Sequence record: PX393108.1
Direction: 5' to 3' (one strand)
From: a phage
DNA: 64,000 nt
Shown piece by piece: positions 21,792 to 32,768 of this stretch (position 1 is the stretch's first letter; the number at the start of each line of letters is the position of its first letter). The translations under genes and the position numbers were made by a program. The notes below the pieces were generated by a model. That model saw nothing but the letters and a program-made list of their open reading frames with translations. It was not told the origin of the DNA and ran no database searches.

Positions 21792-22151
21792 TCAATACGG
21801 TTTAGCATCAAATTTTCTTTCGATTTCAGGAGTGAAATATAATTCTTTACCACGTTTGGAAAAACGACCAATAATATGATAATTATTCTCATCAAACGTG
21901 ATATTACCAATATCCATAGCTTTCAACCAAATATCGATATTTCTATCTAGTTTTATATCAAAATTCCAATACGGAGAACTATTACCAAAAATACTACAAG
22001 CGGATTCAGTGAAACAACTGCTATAAATCTTGTCTTTAGGAACTACTAATTGATAGACGCCTTTAATAAACTGAGGACCCTGCCATTTTGGTTGTTTCGC
22101 GTCTTTTTCTAATAGAATAGGGTAATAATTAAAATTCATATTTTCCGCCAC
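21792..22151 (-). CDS. hypothetical protein (119 aa) inserted between frd and td
   Basis: ORF track; fills the frd-td junction with its own short spacers. Confidence 0.55.
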   Translation of the reverse strand: MAENMNFNYYPILLEKDAKQPKWQGPQFIKGVYQLVVPKDKIYSSCFTESACSIFGNSSPYWNFDIKLDRNIDIWLKAMDIGNITFDENNYHIIGRFSKRGKELYFTPEIERKFDAKPY

Positions 22152-22159
22152 GTGTTATT

Positions 22160-22986
<827 letters not shown>

Positions 22987-22997
22987 ATTATCTCCTA

Positions 22998-23330
22998 TTA
23001 AAAAGGATCAGGAACATATCCACTAGCTTTAATCATTTTAACTAATGTTACCATTCCTTTGTTAACTGCTTGTGAGATTTCATCAAAAACTTCATCATTA
23101 AAAAGTTCTAGCACACCCTTCTGAACTTTTAATTTACAGCCAACAATTTCGTCATCGCCTATAGTAAATTCATTACCGCCAATTCCACCGAAAAACTTAA
23201 TTACCCCAGTTAACTGTCTTCCACGAGAATATGGGTCATGTGATAAAGTAATATGAGTCACCCCAGGTACAGTTTTAAATTGACAGCGAATGTTTACTTG
23301 AGAAATTCCAGTTACATGAATGTCAGACAT
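22998..23330 (-). CDS. hypothetical protein (110 aa)
   Basis: ORF track. Confidence 0.55.
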   Translation of the reverse strand: MSDIHVTGISQVNIRCQFKTVPGVTHITLSHDPYSRGRQLTGVIKFFGGIGGNEFTIGDDEIVGCKLKVQKGVLELFNDEVFDEISQAVNKGMVTLVKMIKASGYVPDPF

Positions 23331-23340
23331 AATATTTTCC

Positions 23341-23583
23341 TCAAACAGACTTTTTCACAGTTTTCCAATCAGCTTTAAACTGATCAACATCAGAATGGTA
23401 AATCCAGAATCCTGCGCTTTCTCCATCCTCATAAAGAGGGCATCCATCGCATTCATCTTCCCATCCCATATCACGCAAAAGACGTTCAGCTTTTTCAACG
23501 AGTTCAGAATCTTTACCGATGATATTAAAATACCATTTACCTCTAACTTCTGAATCTTTGATGCTCTGGCGTTGTAATCTCAT
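23341..23583 (-). CDS. hypothetical protein (80 aa)
   Basis: ORF track; early-type promoter upstream. Confidence 0.55.
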   Translation of the reverse strand: MRLQRQSIKDSEVRGKWYFNIIGKDSELVEKAERLLRDMGWEDECDGCPLYEDGESAGFWIYHSDVDQFKADWKTVKKSV

Positions 23584-23608
23584 TTTATTCTCCTTAGTTG
23601 ATAGGGTA

Positions 23609-23638
23609 ATAGTATCACACTACTACCCTTCTGTAAAC
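23609..23638 (-). promoter_or_regulatory. T4 early-type promoter (-35 GTTTAC, -10 TACTAT)
   Basis: Reverse complement of gtaaac 23633-23638 and atagta 23609-23614, 18-nt spacer. Confidence 0.45.
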
Positions 23639-24018
23639 TACTTTTTGAAAGTTTTTCGCAAAAGTTCAATGATTTCATCTACATTGTTTTCGTCAACAAT
23701 GCAGTGAATTTTTGTTACGCCAGAAACCTTGTCTTCGACTTCATCTTCTTCAGAAGTCGATTCTTTATACTCGCGGAAACAATGAAATTCGTCTTCGCAA
23801 ATTTCTGAAAGTCTATCACAAAGGTAAAAATGCTTTCCATTAGCGCATTCAATGTGTTTTACAGCTTTAAATCCATTAGCAAAGAAAACTTCTTTAACTT
23901 CAAACCATCCGCCATTTTCTCGAATAATTTTAACTATTGACGCATTAGATCGTGGGCTATAATTAATAAATGCATCAATAAGTCTTGGAACAAGTTCATA
24001 CTTTTTGCCAATATACAT
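23638..24018 (-). CDS. hypothetical protein (126 aa)
   Basis: ORF track. Confidence 0.55.
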   Translation of the reverse strand: MYIGKKYELVPRLIDAFINYSPRSNASIVKIIRENGGWFEVKEVFFANGFKAVKHIECANGKHFYLCDRLSEICEDEFHCFREYKESTSEEDEVEDKVSGVTKIHCIVDENNVDEIIELLRKTFKK

Positions 24019-24062
24019 TGTGTTTTCCTCATTTTAATAGGGGCTTGATAGCCCCTTGATAA

Positions 24063-24314
24063 TTATTGTTCAATTAGTCCCATGTAAAATTCTGCGTCTT
24101 CAGAATCCATGCCGTCACAATACTCATTAGCCATAAAGCGGGTGAGGTCTTCAAGAGGACCTTCAATAACAATAGAAAAATTGCAATAATTGGGATCATC
24201 GTGAATACTTGTGATACTAAGCTCAGGATAACGATTACGAATAATTTCTTCAATATATTCAAAATCAACGATGTCAATATCAACTTTAGCCATATTATTT
24301 TCCTCTTTAATCAT
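24063..24314 (-). CDS. hypothetical acidic protein (83 aa)
   Basis: ORF track; early promoter cassette upstream. Confidence 0.5.
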   Translation of the reverse strand: MIKEENNMAKVDIDIVDFEYIEEIIRNRYPELSITSIHDDPNYCNFSIVIEGPLEDLTRFMANEYCDGMDSEDAEFYMGLIEQ

Positions 24315-24336
24315 CAGCAGTATTGCCGATAGTTGT

Positions 24337-24366
24337 ATAGTACCACAGTCCTTGTGGTATGTAAAC
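24337..24366 (-). promoter_or_regulatory. T4 early-type promoter, copy of a repeated ~50-bp cassette
   Basis: Reverse complement of gtaaac 24361-24366 and atagta 24337-24342; the surrounding ~50 bp recurs at 45536-45588 and partly at 41675-41716. Confidence 0.5.
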
Positions 24367-24397
24367 CGTTTTGTGAAAAAATTTTTGAAATAAAAAA

Positions 24398-24416
24398 GGG
24401 GACCTCTAGGGTCCCC
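24398..24416 (-). terminator. rho-independent terminator downstream of gene 32
   Basis: GGGGACC / GGTCCCC stem then UUUUUUAUUU in transcript orientation. Confidence 0.6.
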
Positions 24417-24438
24417 AATTAATTAGTAATATAATCTA

Positions 24439-25347
24439 TTAAAGGTCATTCAAAAGGTCATCCAGGTCCGTGTCATCAGCACTAGATGAACTGCCAGAGC
24501 TTGAGCTCATAAAATCATCTTCAGTTTTTGTTTTGAAGTCATCAACATTAAATGCATCCAAATCATCAGCAACTTTATCAGCTTTCTTAGCGGCAGTCGC
24601 TGCGGCACCACCCATAGCAGCAGTTCCCATAACTTGACTGAACTTAGTGCTCAGTTCTTCAAACGATTTGAATTTATCTTTAGAAGTCATTTCAGAAAGG
24701 TCAACCATTTGTTCGAACAGTTCTTTCTGGAAAGATTCATCATCAATGTTTGGAATCGCAGATTGATTCAGGAATTTAGATTCGTCGTAGTTACTAAAAC
24801 CAGAAACTTGTTTAACTTTCAGTACAAAGTTAGCACCTTCCCACGGACAAGTTACATCAACCGGAGTTTCACCCATTTCAACATCAACTGCAATCATTGC
24901 ATTGATTTTATCCCAGATTTTCTTACCGAAACGGTATTTAAATACTTTACCTTCATTTTCTGGAGCAGCTGGGTCTTTTACTACAAGAATGTTAGCCCAG
25001 TAAGAAGTTTTACGTTTAACAAGACCATATTCTTTATTGTCAGTGTTGTACAAATCATTTTTATTGATGTACTGACATACTGGACAAGAATCGTAATCAC
25101 CGTGGGTAGATGAACAGTTTTCAATATACCATTTACCATTTTTCTTGAAACCGTGATTTACAAGAATTGCGAATGGTGCTTGTTCATCATTTTTAGACGG
25201 AAGAAAACGAATTACTGCTTGACCGTTACCCGCATTGTCGAGTTTCAGTTTCCACTCGCCTTTATCTTCAGAAGAAAAACCACCTTTATTTCCAGCCAGT
25301 TTAGCCATTTGTGCAGCGAGTTCAGCAGTAGATTTACGTTTAAACAT
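24439..25347 (-). CDS. 32: gp32 single-stranded DNA-binding protein
   Basis: 302 aa; [50 protein letters not shown]... matches recalled T4 gp32; acidic C-terminal tail. Confidence 0.97.
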   Translation of the reverse strand: MFKRKSTAELAAQMAKLAGNKGGFSSEDKGEWKLKLDNAGNGQAVIRFLPSKNDEQAPFAILVNHGFKKNGKWYIENCSSTHGDYDSCPVCQYINKNDLYNTDNKEYGLVKRKTSYWANILVVKDPAAPENEGKVFKYRFGKKIWDKINAMIAVDVEMGETPVDVTCPWEGANFVLKVKQVSGFSNYDESKFLNQSAIPNIDDESFQKELFEQMVDLSEMTSKDKFKSFEELSTKFSQVMGTAAMGGAAATAAKKADKVADDLDAFNVDDFKTKTEDDFMSSSSGSSSSADDTDLDDLLNDL

Positions 25348-25414
25348 TTTTATTTCCTTTTTAATTTAATTAACAGTTGGTGCTATGACGATGTATGACC
25401 TCATAGCTGGTCAG
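25348..25414 (-). promoter_or_regulatory. gene 32 translational operator (5' pseudoknot plus unstructured A/U-rich leader)
   Basis: Leader reads ...GCUAUGAGGUCAUACAUCGUCAUAGCACCAACUGUUAAUUAAAUUAAAAAGGAAAUAAAAAUG, matching the known autoregulatory site of T4 gene 32. Confidence 0.7.
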
Positions 25415-25430
25415 TGAGATAATTATAATC

Positions 25431-25438
25431 TATTTATA
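25431..25438 (-). promoter_or_regulatory. T4-type late promoter (TATAAATA) upstream of gene 32
   Basis: Reverse complement of tatttata. Confidence 0.45.
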
Positions 25439-25446
25439 ATAAGCAA

Positions 25447-26100
25447 TTAATACTTACAAGATTTCACAGTTTCAATGAAAACACTTTTGGCTTTCTGTGA
25501 ATCAATATTTAAAATTTTTCTATAAGCTTTTAACTTTATAGAATAATTATTCCAGACTAAATTATCAGTCTGTTCATCATGTTTATCAATTATATTTAAA
25601 AACGAATCAAGCAAGATAAACGTCTCAAACGAAATTATATTCGATTGAAGTAGTTTAAAAATATAACTTGATTGAACTTTTGGATTATATTCAAAAATTT
25701 CTTTAAAAGCAGAAACTTCAACTTTTTTACTAAAATAATAAATGTTGCGAATATCTTCTTCAAACTTAAATTTAATTTGCTTTAAGCGTCCGATATATTC
25801 ACGATAAAACACAAGTGCATCAGCGTCAGAGATGTCACCAATCCAAGCATCTTGGTTAGCAACAAGATTGCTTATAAAGATTAAAGCAAGTTCCTTTAAT
25901 TTATATTTTTCTGATAACTTCTGGAAAAAATACTTATCCCTTCGCTTTTGATAAGCGGCATCAGACACCCGCATGCACCAATTATACTTAATTACATCAT
26001 ACTTTCCATTCATATGTTGTTTTATCATTAAGTATAATTTATAAACTGATTTACCATCAATGTATCTTTCACCACCAGCAGGCATGCGGAGTTTAATCAT
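25447..26100 (-). CDS. 59: gp59 helicase-loading protein
   Basis: 217 aa; size and position between 33 and 32 as in T4. Confidence 0.9.
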   Translation of the reverse strand: MIKLRMPAGGERYIDGKSVYKLYLMIKQHMNGKYDVIKYNWCMRVSDAAYQKRRDKYFFQKLSEKYKLKELALIFISNLVANQDAWIGDISDADALVFYREYIGRLKQIKFKFEEDIRNIYYFSKKVEVSAFKEIFEYNPKVQSSYIFKLLQSNIISFETFILLDSFLNIIDKHDEQTDNLVWNNYSIKLKAYRKILNIDSQKAKSVFIETVKSCKY

Positions 26101-26435
26101 AGTAGAAAATCTAATGTATTAGTTTTTTCACAACGAACAACAGAAGGACGTAAAAGATTTTCGTCAATAGCTTCTGACTGAATTTTTTCAATTATACCCG
26201 AAGGAATAAATTTAGCAAATTGAGTTTCAGGAATAGAATTTTCTTCCAAGAATGCTGTTGTAGCTTCAAGATAACTCATTCCAAACTCTTCTACCATTTT
26301 TTCAATAATAAATCCATTTTCTTGGCGGTCAAGAAGCTTTGCAATTTCATCCTTTTCTTTCTTAATTGAAAGTTCTTTTTCTGAAAGACCGGTCTCATCG
26401 ACCGGACGAATATCATTTAGAGAAAACTGTGTCAT
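26097..26435 (-). CDS. 33: gp33 late-transcription co-activator
   Basis: 112 aa from MTQFSLNDIRPVDETGLSEKELSIKK...; the track's upstream ATG adds 3 codons. Confidence 0.85.
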   Translation of the reverse strand: MTQFSLNDIRPVDETGLSEKELSIKKEKDEIAKLLDRQENGFIIEKMVEEFGMSYLEATTAFLEENSIPETQFAKFIPSGIIEKIQSEAIDENLLRPSVVRCEKTNTLDFLL

Positions 26436-26682
26436 AAAGTTCAACTACCTCTTCAGTTTCAGCTTCAAACACATCACGGTTATCTTTATGATACAAAGCT
26501 AATAGACGATTAAACATCTTGCCATCAACGCCAAGTTCATCTTTGGCACGAATTCGAATGTCTTTAATCAATTCATTATAACCAGAAATTTTCAGTTTAT
26601 GATCAGATGCTTCTTTAATAAATTTAGCCAAGTCTTCGCCATGGATAGCTTCATCAAATTCAACCATTTCTTTTTTAGCCAT
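26413..26682 (-). CDS. dsbA: DsbA double-stranded DNA-binding protein
   Basis: 89 aa; position between rnh and 33. Confidence 0.85.
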   Translation of the reverse strand: MAKKEMVEFDEAIHGEDLAKFIKEASDHKLKISGYNELIKDIRIRAKDELGVDGKMFNRLLALYHKDNRDVFEAETEEVVELYDTVFSK

Positions 26683-26690
26683 TATTCACC

Positions 26691-27608
26691 TCAAAATTCA
26701 TTAATGCTATTAGTTAATTTAGAAAGACCCGCTTTTACAAAATATGAATAAATTTTGCCACGCGGTGGTAATTTATATGAATTATAGTAATTCACAATGT
26801 TTGAAGCAATATTATCAGGAATATAATCAAAATCAATTAGAACTAAATTTTCTTTATACCGATTATATTCAGATTCAGTGAGAAGCACCTTAGCTTGCTC
26901 ACGGTCATTAGCAATAGCTTCAACAATAGAGGTTTTCATTGAAGGAGTTCGTTCACCTTCAACTCTGGTAAACCAAAAGTCAGATCGTACTTTAACTGAA
27001 GCAACGTTATCCTTTTTGTCACCTTTAAGGATTTTAGTCATACAGTCAATTTCAGCAGAACCGCTTTTAATTTTAACCCATTTCTTGTGCATCGGTGACC
27101 ATTGCTTAACATTTGGGTATTTGTGAAGTTGAGTAAAGTCACCATCCGATGAAATGATTAAAATCTTATGTCCTTCTAAAGAGAACTTTTTAACAAGAAC
27201 AGCAATATGGTCATCTGCTTCATACTTATCAATATCCATAACAATGTATGGCATATAAGCTTTCAATTCATCTATAACTTTATGACTGGATTCAAAATAA
27301 CCTTCCCAGTCCCAAGTAGATTCTTCTCGTGCTTTTCCACGGTTTTTCTTATAATAATAAGCAAAATCACGACGCCAGTATCCAGATTTCGCGTTATCAA
27401 TACACAGTACAATTTTAGTGTATCCAAGAGCTTTTGCTTTTTTGACATTAAACTTAATTGAGTTCAATATCAAATGACGAACCATTGATAAATTAATTTT
27501 TTCTTTATCTGGGAAGTTTACCAAAGCAGTTGAAAGCGCAATTTGACTAAAGTCAATTAAGCAGATTCCTTCTTTGTAATCTTCATCCAGCATCATTTCT
27601 AAATCCAT
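26691..27608 (-). CDS. rnh: RNase H (5'-3' exonuclease, FEN family)
   Basis: 305 aa from MDLEMMLDEDYKEGICLIDFSQIA...; position next to gene 34. Confidence 0.9.
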   Translation of the reverse strand: MDLEMMLDEDYKEGICLIDFSQIALSTALVNFPDKEKINLSMVRHLILNSIKFNVKKAKALGYTKIVLCIDNAKSGYWRRDFAYYYKKNRGKAREESTWDWEGYFESSHKVIDELKAYMPYIVMDIDKYEADDHIAVLVKKFSLEGHKILIISSDGDFTQLHKYPNVKQWSPMHKKWVKIKSGSAEIDCMTKILKGDKKDNVASVKVRSDFWFTRVEGERTPSMKTSIVEAIANDREQAKVLLTESEYNRYKENLVLIDFDYIPDNIASNIVNYYNSYKLPPRGKIYSYFVKAGLSKLTNSINEF

Positions 27609-27670
27609 ATGAACCTCGTTCAATTAGTGAGATTTCTATTATATACCATCCGAATCTTAAAGTAAACAAG

Positions 27671-27678
27671 TATAAATA
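27671..27678 (+). promoter_or_regulatory. T4-type late promoter (TATAAATA) for gene 34
   Basis: Exact TATAAATA about 35 nt upstream of the gene 34 ATG, followed by SD AGGAG. Confidence 0.7.
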
Positions 27679-27712
27679 CTTATTATTGAAAACACAATAG
27701 GAGCCCGGGAGA

Positions 27713-30700
27713 ATGGCCGAGATTAAAAGAAAGTTCAGAGCAGAAGATGGTCTGGACGCAGGTGGCGATAAAATAATCAACGTAGCTTTAGCTGATCGTA
27801 CCGTAGGAACTGACGGTGTTAACGTTGATTACCTAATTCAAGAAAACACAGTTCAACAATACGATCCAACTCGTGGATATTTAAAAGATTTTGTAATCAT
27901 TTATGATAACCGCTTTTGGGCTGCTATAAATGATATTCCAAAACCGGCAGGAGCTTTTAATAGCGGGCGCTGGAGAGCATTACGTACTGATGCTAACTGG
28001 ATTACAGTTTCATCTGGTTCATATCAATTAAAATCCGGTGAAGCTATTTCGGTTAACACTGCAGCTGGTAATGATATTACATTTACTTTACCATCTACTC
28101 CAATTGACGGTGATACTATCGTTCTCCAAGACATTGGAGGAAAACCTGGAGTTAACCAAGTTTTAATTGTAGCTCCAGTGCAAAGTATTGTAAACTTCAG
28201 AGGTCAGCAAGTACGTTCAGTACTAATGACTCATCCAAAATCACAGTTGGTTTTAATTTTTAGTAATCGTCTGTGGCAAATGTATGTTGCTGATTATAGT
28301 AGAGAAGCTGTAATTGCAACACCAGCGAATACTTATCAAGCGCAATCTAACGATTTTATCGTACGTAGATTTACTTCTGCTGCACCGATTAATATTAAAC
28401 TTCCGAGATTTGCCAATCACGGCGATATTATTAATTTCGTCGATTTGGATAAATTAAATCCGCTTTATCATACAATTGTTACAACATATGATGAAACCAC
28501 TTCAGTACAAGAAGTTGGAACTCATTCTATTGAAGGCCGTACATCTATTGACGGTTTCTTGATGTATGACGATAATGAGAAATTATGGAGATTATTTGAC
28601 GGGGACAGTAAAGCACGTTTACGTATCATAACAACTAATTCAAACATTCGTCCAAATGAAGAAGTTATGGTATTTGGTGCGAATAATGGAACAACTCAAA
28701 CGATTGAGCTTCAGCTTCCAACTAATATTTCTGTTGGTGATACTGTTAAAATTTCCATGAATTACATGAGAAAAGGACAAACAGTTAAAATCAAAGCTGC
28801 CGGTGAAGATAAAATTGCTTCTTCAGTTCAATTGCTGCAATTCCCAAAACGTTCAGAATATCCGCCTGAAGCTGAATGGGTAACTGTTCAAGAATTAGTT
28901 TTTAACGGTGAAACTAATTATGTTCCAGTTTTACAACTTGCTTATATAGAAGATTCTGACGGAAAATACTGGGTTGTACAGCAAAACGTTCCAACTGTAG
29001 AAAGAGTTGATTCTTTGAATGATTCTACTAGAGCAAGATTAGGCGTAATTGCTTTAGCTACACAAGCTCAAGCTAATGCCGATTTAGAAAATTCTCCACA
29101 AAAAGAATTAGCAATTACTCCAGAAACATTAGCTAACCGTACTGCTACAGAAACTCGTAGAGGTATCGCAAGAATAGCAACAACTGCTCAAGTGAATCAG
29201 AACACCACATTCTCTTTTGCTGATGATATTATCATCACTCCTAAAAAGCTGAATGAAAGAACTGCTACAGAAACTCGTAGAGGTGTTGCTGAAATTGCTA
29301 CGCAACAGGAAACTAATGCAGGTACTGATGATACTACAATCATTACTCCTAAAAAGCTTCAAGCTCGACAAGGTTCTGAATCATTATCAGGTATTGTAAC
29401 CTTTGTATCTACCGCAGGAGCTACTCCAGCTTCTAGTCGTGAATTAAATGGTACAAATGTTTATAATAAAAACACTAATAATTTAGTTGTTTCGCCTAAA
29501 GCTCTGGATCAGTATAAAGCTACTCCAACACAGCAAGGTGCAGTAATTTTAGCAGTTGAAAGTGAAGTAATTGCTGGACAAAGCCAAGAAGGATGGGCAA
29601 ATGCGGTTGTAACACCAGAAACGTTACATAAAAAGACATCAACTGATGGAAGAATTGGTTTAATTGAAATTGCTACGCAAAGTGAAGTTAATACAGGAAC
29701 TGATTATACTCGTGCAGTCACTCCTAAAACTTTAAATGACCGTATAGCAACTGAAAGTTTAAGTGGTATAGCTGAAATTGCTACACAAGTTGAATTCGAC
29801 GCAGGCGTCGACGATACTCGTATCTCTACACCATTAAAAATTAAAACTAGATTTAATAGTACTGATCGTACTTCTGTTGTTGCTCTATCTGGATTAGTTG
29901 AATCAGGAACTCTCTGGGACCATTATACCCTTAATATTCTTGAAGCAAATGAGACACAGCGTGGTACACTTCGTGTAGCTACACAAGTTGAAGCTGCTGC
30001 AGGAACATTAGATAATGTTTTAATAACTCCTAAAAAGCTTTTAGGTACTAAATCTACTGAAGCACAGGAAGGTGTTATTAAAGTTGCAACTCAGTCTGAA
30101 ACTGTGACTGGAACGTCAGCAAATACTGCTGTATCTCCAAAAAATTTAAAATGGATTGTGCAGAGTGAACCTACTTGGGCAGCTACTACTGCGATAAGAG
30201 GCTTTGTTAAAACTTCATCTGGTTCAATTACATTCGTTGGTAATGATACAGTTGGTTCAACACAGTCGTTAGAATTATACGAGAAAAATAGCTATGCAGT
30301 ATCACCATATGAATTAAACCGTGTATTAGCAAATTATTTACCGTTAAAAGCAAAAGCTGCTGATACAAATTTATTGGATGGTCTAGATTCATCTCAGTTC
30401 ATTCGTAGGGATATTGCACAGACGGTTAATGGTTCACTAACCTTAACCCAACAAACGAATCTGAGTGCCCCTCTTGTATCATCTAGTACTGCTACGTTTG
30501 GTGGTTCAGTTTCGGCAAATAGTACATTAACTATTTCTAATACTGGAACGGCAACTCGTCTGATTTTTGAGAAAGGACCTCAAACTGGAACTAACCCAGC
30601 ACAGACGATGACTATCAGAGTTTGGGGAAATCAGTTCGGTGGCGGTTCAGATACAACACGTTCTACTGTATTTGAAGTTGGTGATGAAACGTCTAATCAC

Positions 30701-31582
30701 TTTTATTCTCAACGTAATAAAGCTGGGAATATAACGTTTAGTATCAATGGTACTGTAATGCCAATAAATGTTAATGCTTCGGGTTCTTTGAATGCGAACG
30801 GCGTTGCAACATTTGGTAGTTCAGTTACAGCCAATGGTGAATTCATCAGCAAGTCTGCAAATGCTTTCAGAGCAATAAATGGCGACTATGGATTCTTTAT
30901 TCGTAATGATGCTGCTAACACCTATTTTATGCTTACTGCATCGGGTGATCAGACTGGCGGATTTAATGGATTACGTCCTTTAGCTATTAACAATGCATCC
31001 GGTCAAGTAACGATTGGTGAAAGCTTAATCATTGCCAAAGGTGCTACTATAAATTCAGGTGGTTTAACTGTTAACTCGAGAATTCGTTCTCAGGGTACTA
31101 AAACCGCTGATTTATACACCCGTGCACCGACATCTGATACTGTAGGATTCTGGTCAATTGACATTAATGATTCAGCTACTTATAACCAGTTCCCGGGTTA
31201 TTTTGAAATGGTTGAAAAAACTAATGAAGTGACTGGACTTCCATACTTAGAACGTGGCGAAGAGGTTAAATCTCCTGGTACGTTGACTCAGTTTGGTAAC
31301 ACACTTGATTCGCTTTACCAAGATTGGATTACTTATCCAACGACTCCAGAAGCACGTACCACTCGCTGGACCCGTACATGGCAGAAAACCAAAAACTCTT
31401 GGTCGAGTTTTGTTCAGGTATTTGATGGCGGTAACCCTCCTCAGCCGTCTGATATCGGTGCTTTGCCATCTGATAATGCTACAATGGGGAATCTTACTAT
31501 TCGTGATTTCTTACGAATTGGTAATGTTCGCATTATTCCTGACCCAGTGAATAAATCTGTTAAATTTGAATGGATTGAATAA
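27713..31582 (+). CDS. 34: gp34 long tail fibre proximal subunit
   Basis: 1289 aa, same length as T4 gp34; repeated fibre motifs (TATETRRG..IATQ, ITPKKL); first gene of the fibre operon. Confidence 0.97.
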   Translation: MAEIKRKFRAEDGLDAGGDKIINVALADRTVGTDGVNVDYLIQENTVQQYDPTRGYLKDFVIIYDNRFWAAINDIPKPAGAFNSGRWRALRTDANWITVSSGSYQLKSGEAISVNTAAGNDITFTLPSTPIDGDTIVLQDIGGKPGVNQVLIVAPVQSIVNFRGQQVRSVLMTHPKSQLVLIFSNRLWQMYVADYSREAVIATPANTYQAQSNDFIVRRFTSAAPINIKLPRFANHGDIINFVDLDKLNPLYHTIVTTYDETTSVQEVGTHSIEGRTSIDGFLMYDDNEKLWRLFDGDSKARLRIITTNSNIRPNEEVMVFGANNGTTQTIELQLPTNISVGDTVKISMNYMRKGQTVKIKAAGEDKIASSVQLLQFPKRSEYPPEAEWVTVQELVFNGETNYVPVLQLAYIEDSDGKYWVVQQNVPTVERVDSLNDSTRARLGVIALATQAQANADLENSPQKELAITPETLANRTATETRRGIARIATTAQVNQNTTFSFADDIIITPKKLNERTATETRRGVAEIATQQETNAGTDDTTIITPKKLQARQGSESLSGIVTFVSTAGATPASSRELNGTNVYNKNTNNLVVSPKALDQYKATPTQQGAVILAVESEVIAGQSQEGWANAVVTPETLHKKTSTDGRIGLIEIATQSEVNTGTDYTRAVTPKTLNDRIATESLSGIAEIATQVEFDAGVDDTRISTPLKIKTRFNSTDRTSVVALSGLVESGTLWDHYTLNILEANETQRGTLRVATQVEAAAGTLDNVLITPKKLLGTKSTEAQEGVIKVATQSETVTGTSANTAVSPKNLKWIVQSEPTWAATTAIRGFVKTSSGSITFVGNDTVGSTQSLELYEKNSYAVSPYELNRVLANYLPLKAKAADTNLLDGLDSSQFIRRDIAQTVNGSLTLTQQTNLSAPLVSSSTATFGGSVSANSTLTISNTGTATRLIFEKGPQTGTNPAQTMTIRVWGNQFGGGSDTTRSTVFEVGDETSNHFYSQRNKAGNITFSINGTVMPINVNASGSLNANGVATFGSSVTANGEFISKSANAFRAINGDYGFFIRNDAANTYFMLTASGDQTGGFNGLRPLAINNASGQVTIGESLIIAKGATINSGGLTVNSRIRSQGTKTADLYTRAPTSDTVGFWSIDINDSATYNQFPGYFEMVEKTNEVTGLPYLERGEEVKSPGTLTQFGNTLDSLYQDWITYPTTPEARTTRWTRTWQKTKNSWSSFVQVFDGGNPPQPSDIGALPSDNATMGNLTIRDFLRIGNVRIIPDPVNKSVKFEWIE
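29141..29284 (+). repeat. direct repeats inside gene 34 (24-bp exact copies 120 bp apart)
   Basis: actgctacagaaactcgtagaggt at 29141-29164 and 29261-29284; related cctaaaaagct units recur downstream. Confidence 0.6.
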
Positions 31583-31590
31583 GAGGTATT

Positions 31591-32706
31591 ATGGAAAAAT
31601 TTATGGCAGAGTTTGGACAAGGATATGTCCAAACGCCATTTTTATCGGAAAGTAATTCAGTAAGATACAAAATAAGTATAGCGGGTTCTTGCCCGCTTTC
31701 TACTGCAGGACCATACGTTAAATTTCAAGATAATCCTGTTGGAAGTCAAACATTTAGCGCAGGACTTCATTTAAGAGTTTTTGACCCTTCCACCGGAGCA
31801 TTAGTTGATAGTAAGTCATATGCTTTTTCAACTTCAAATGATACTACATCAGCTGCTTTTGTTAGTTTCATGAATTCTTTGACGAATAACAGACTTGTTG
31901 CTATATTAACTAGCGGAAAGGTTAATTTTCCTCCTGAAGTAGTATCTTGGTTAAGAACCGCAGGAACGTCTGCTTTTCCATCTGATTCTATATTGTCAAG
32001 ATTTGACGTATCATATGCTGCTTTTTATACTTCTTCTAAAAGAGCTATTGCATTAGAGCATGTTAAACTAAGTAATAGAAAAAGCACAGATGATTATCAA
32101 ACTATTTTAGATGTTGTATTTGACAGTTTAGAAGACGTTGGAGCTACGGGATTTCCTAAAAGAACATACGAAAGCGTTGAGCAATTTATGTCAGCAGTCG
32201 GTGGAACTAATAACGAAATTGCGCGTCTACCAACTTCAGCTGCTATAAGTAAACTCTCTGATTATAATTTAATTCCTGGCGATGTTCTTTATCTTAAAGC
32301 TCAGTTATATGCCGATGCCGATTTACTCGCGCTTGGAACTACAAATATATCTATCCGTTTTTATAATGCATCGAATGGATATATTTCTTCAACACAAGCT
32401 GAGTTTACCGGGCAAGCTGGGTCTTGGGAATTAAAAGAAGATTATGTGGTTGTTCCAGAAAACGCTGTCGGATTTACGATATATGCACAAAGAACAGCAC
32501 AAGCTGGTCAAGGTGGCATGAGAAATTTAAGCTTTTCTGAAGTGTCAAGAAATGGAGGTATTTCGAAACCTGCTGAATTTGGCGTCAATGGTATTCGTGT
32601 TAATTATATCTGTGAATCTGCTTCACCTCCGGATATAATGGTACTTCCTACGCAAGCATCGTCTAAAACTGGTAAAGTGTTTGGGCAAGAATTTAGAGAA
32701 GTTTAA
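31591..32706 (+). CDS. 35: gp35 long tail fibre hinge protein
   Basis: 371 aa; follows gene 34 with an 8-nt spacer. Confidence 0.9.
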   Translation: MEKFMAEFGQGYVQTPFLSESNSVRYKISIAGSCPLSTAGPYVKFQDNPVGSQTFSAGLHLRVFDPSTGALVDSKSYAFSTSNDTTSAAFVSFMNSLTNNRLVAILTSGKVNFPPEVVSWLRTAGTSAFPSDSILSRFDVSYAAFYTSSKRAIALEHVKLSNRKSTDDYQTILDVVFDSLEDVGATGFPKRTYESVEQFMSAVGGTNNEIARLPTSAAISKLSDYNLIPGDVLYLKAQLYADADLLALGTTNISIRFYNASNGYISSTQAEFTGQAGSWELKEDYVVVPENAVGFTIYAQRTAQAGQGGMRNLSFSEVSRNGGISKPAEFGVNGIRVNYICESASPPDIMVLPTQASSKTGKVFGQEFREV

Positions 32707-32711
32707 ATTGA

Positions 32712-32729
32712 GGGAGCCTTCGGGTTCCC
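32712..32729 (+). terminator. UUCG hairpin terminator after gene 35
   Basis: GGGAGCC-UUCG-GGUUCCC followed by UUUUUCUUU. Confidence 0.55.
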
Positions 32730-32737
32730 TTTTTCTT

Positions 32738-32745
32738 TATAAATA
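32738..32745 (+). promoter_or_regulatory. T4-type late promoter (TATAAATA) for genes 36-37-38
   Basis: Exact TATAAATA 24 nt upstream of the gene 36 ATG. Confidence 0.65.
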
Positions 32746-32768
32746 CTATTAAAATAAAGGGGCATACA

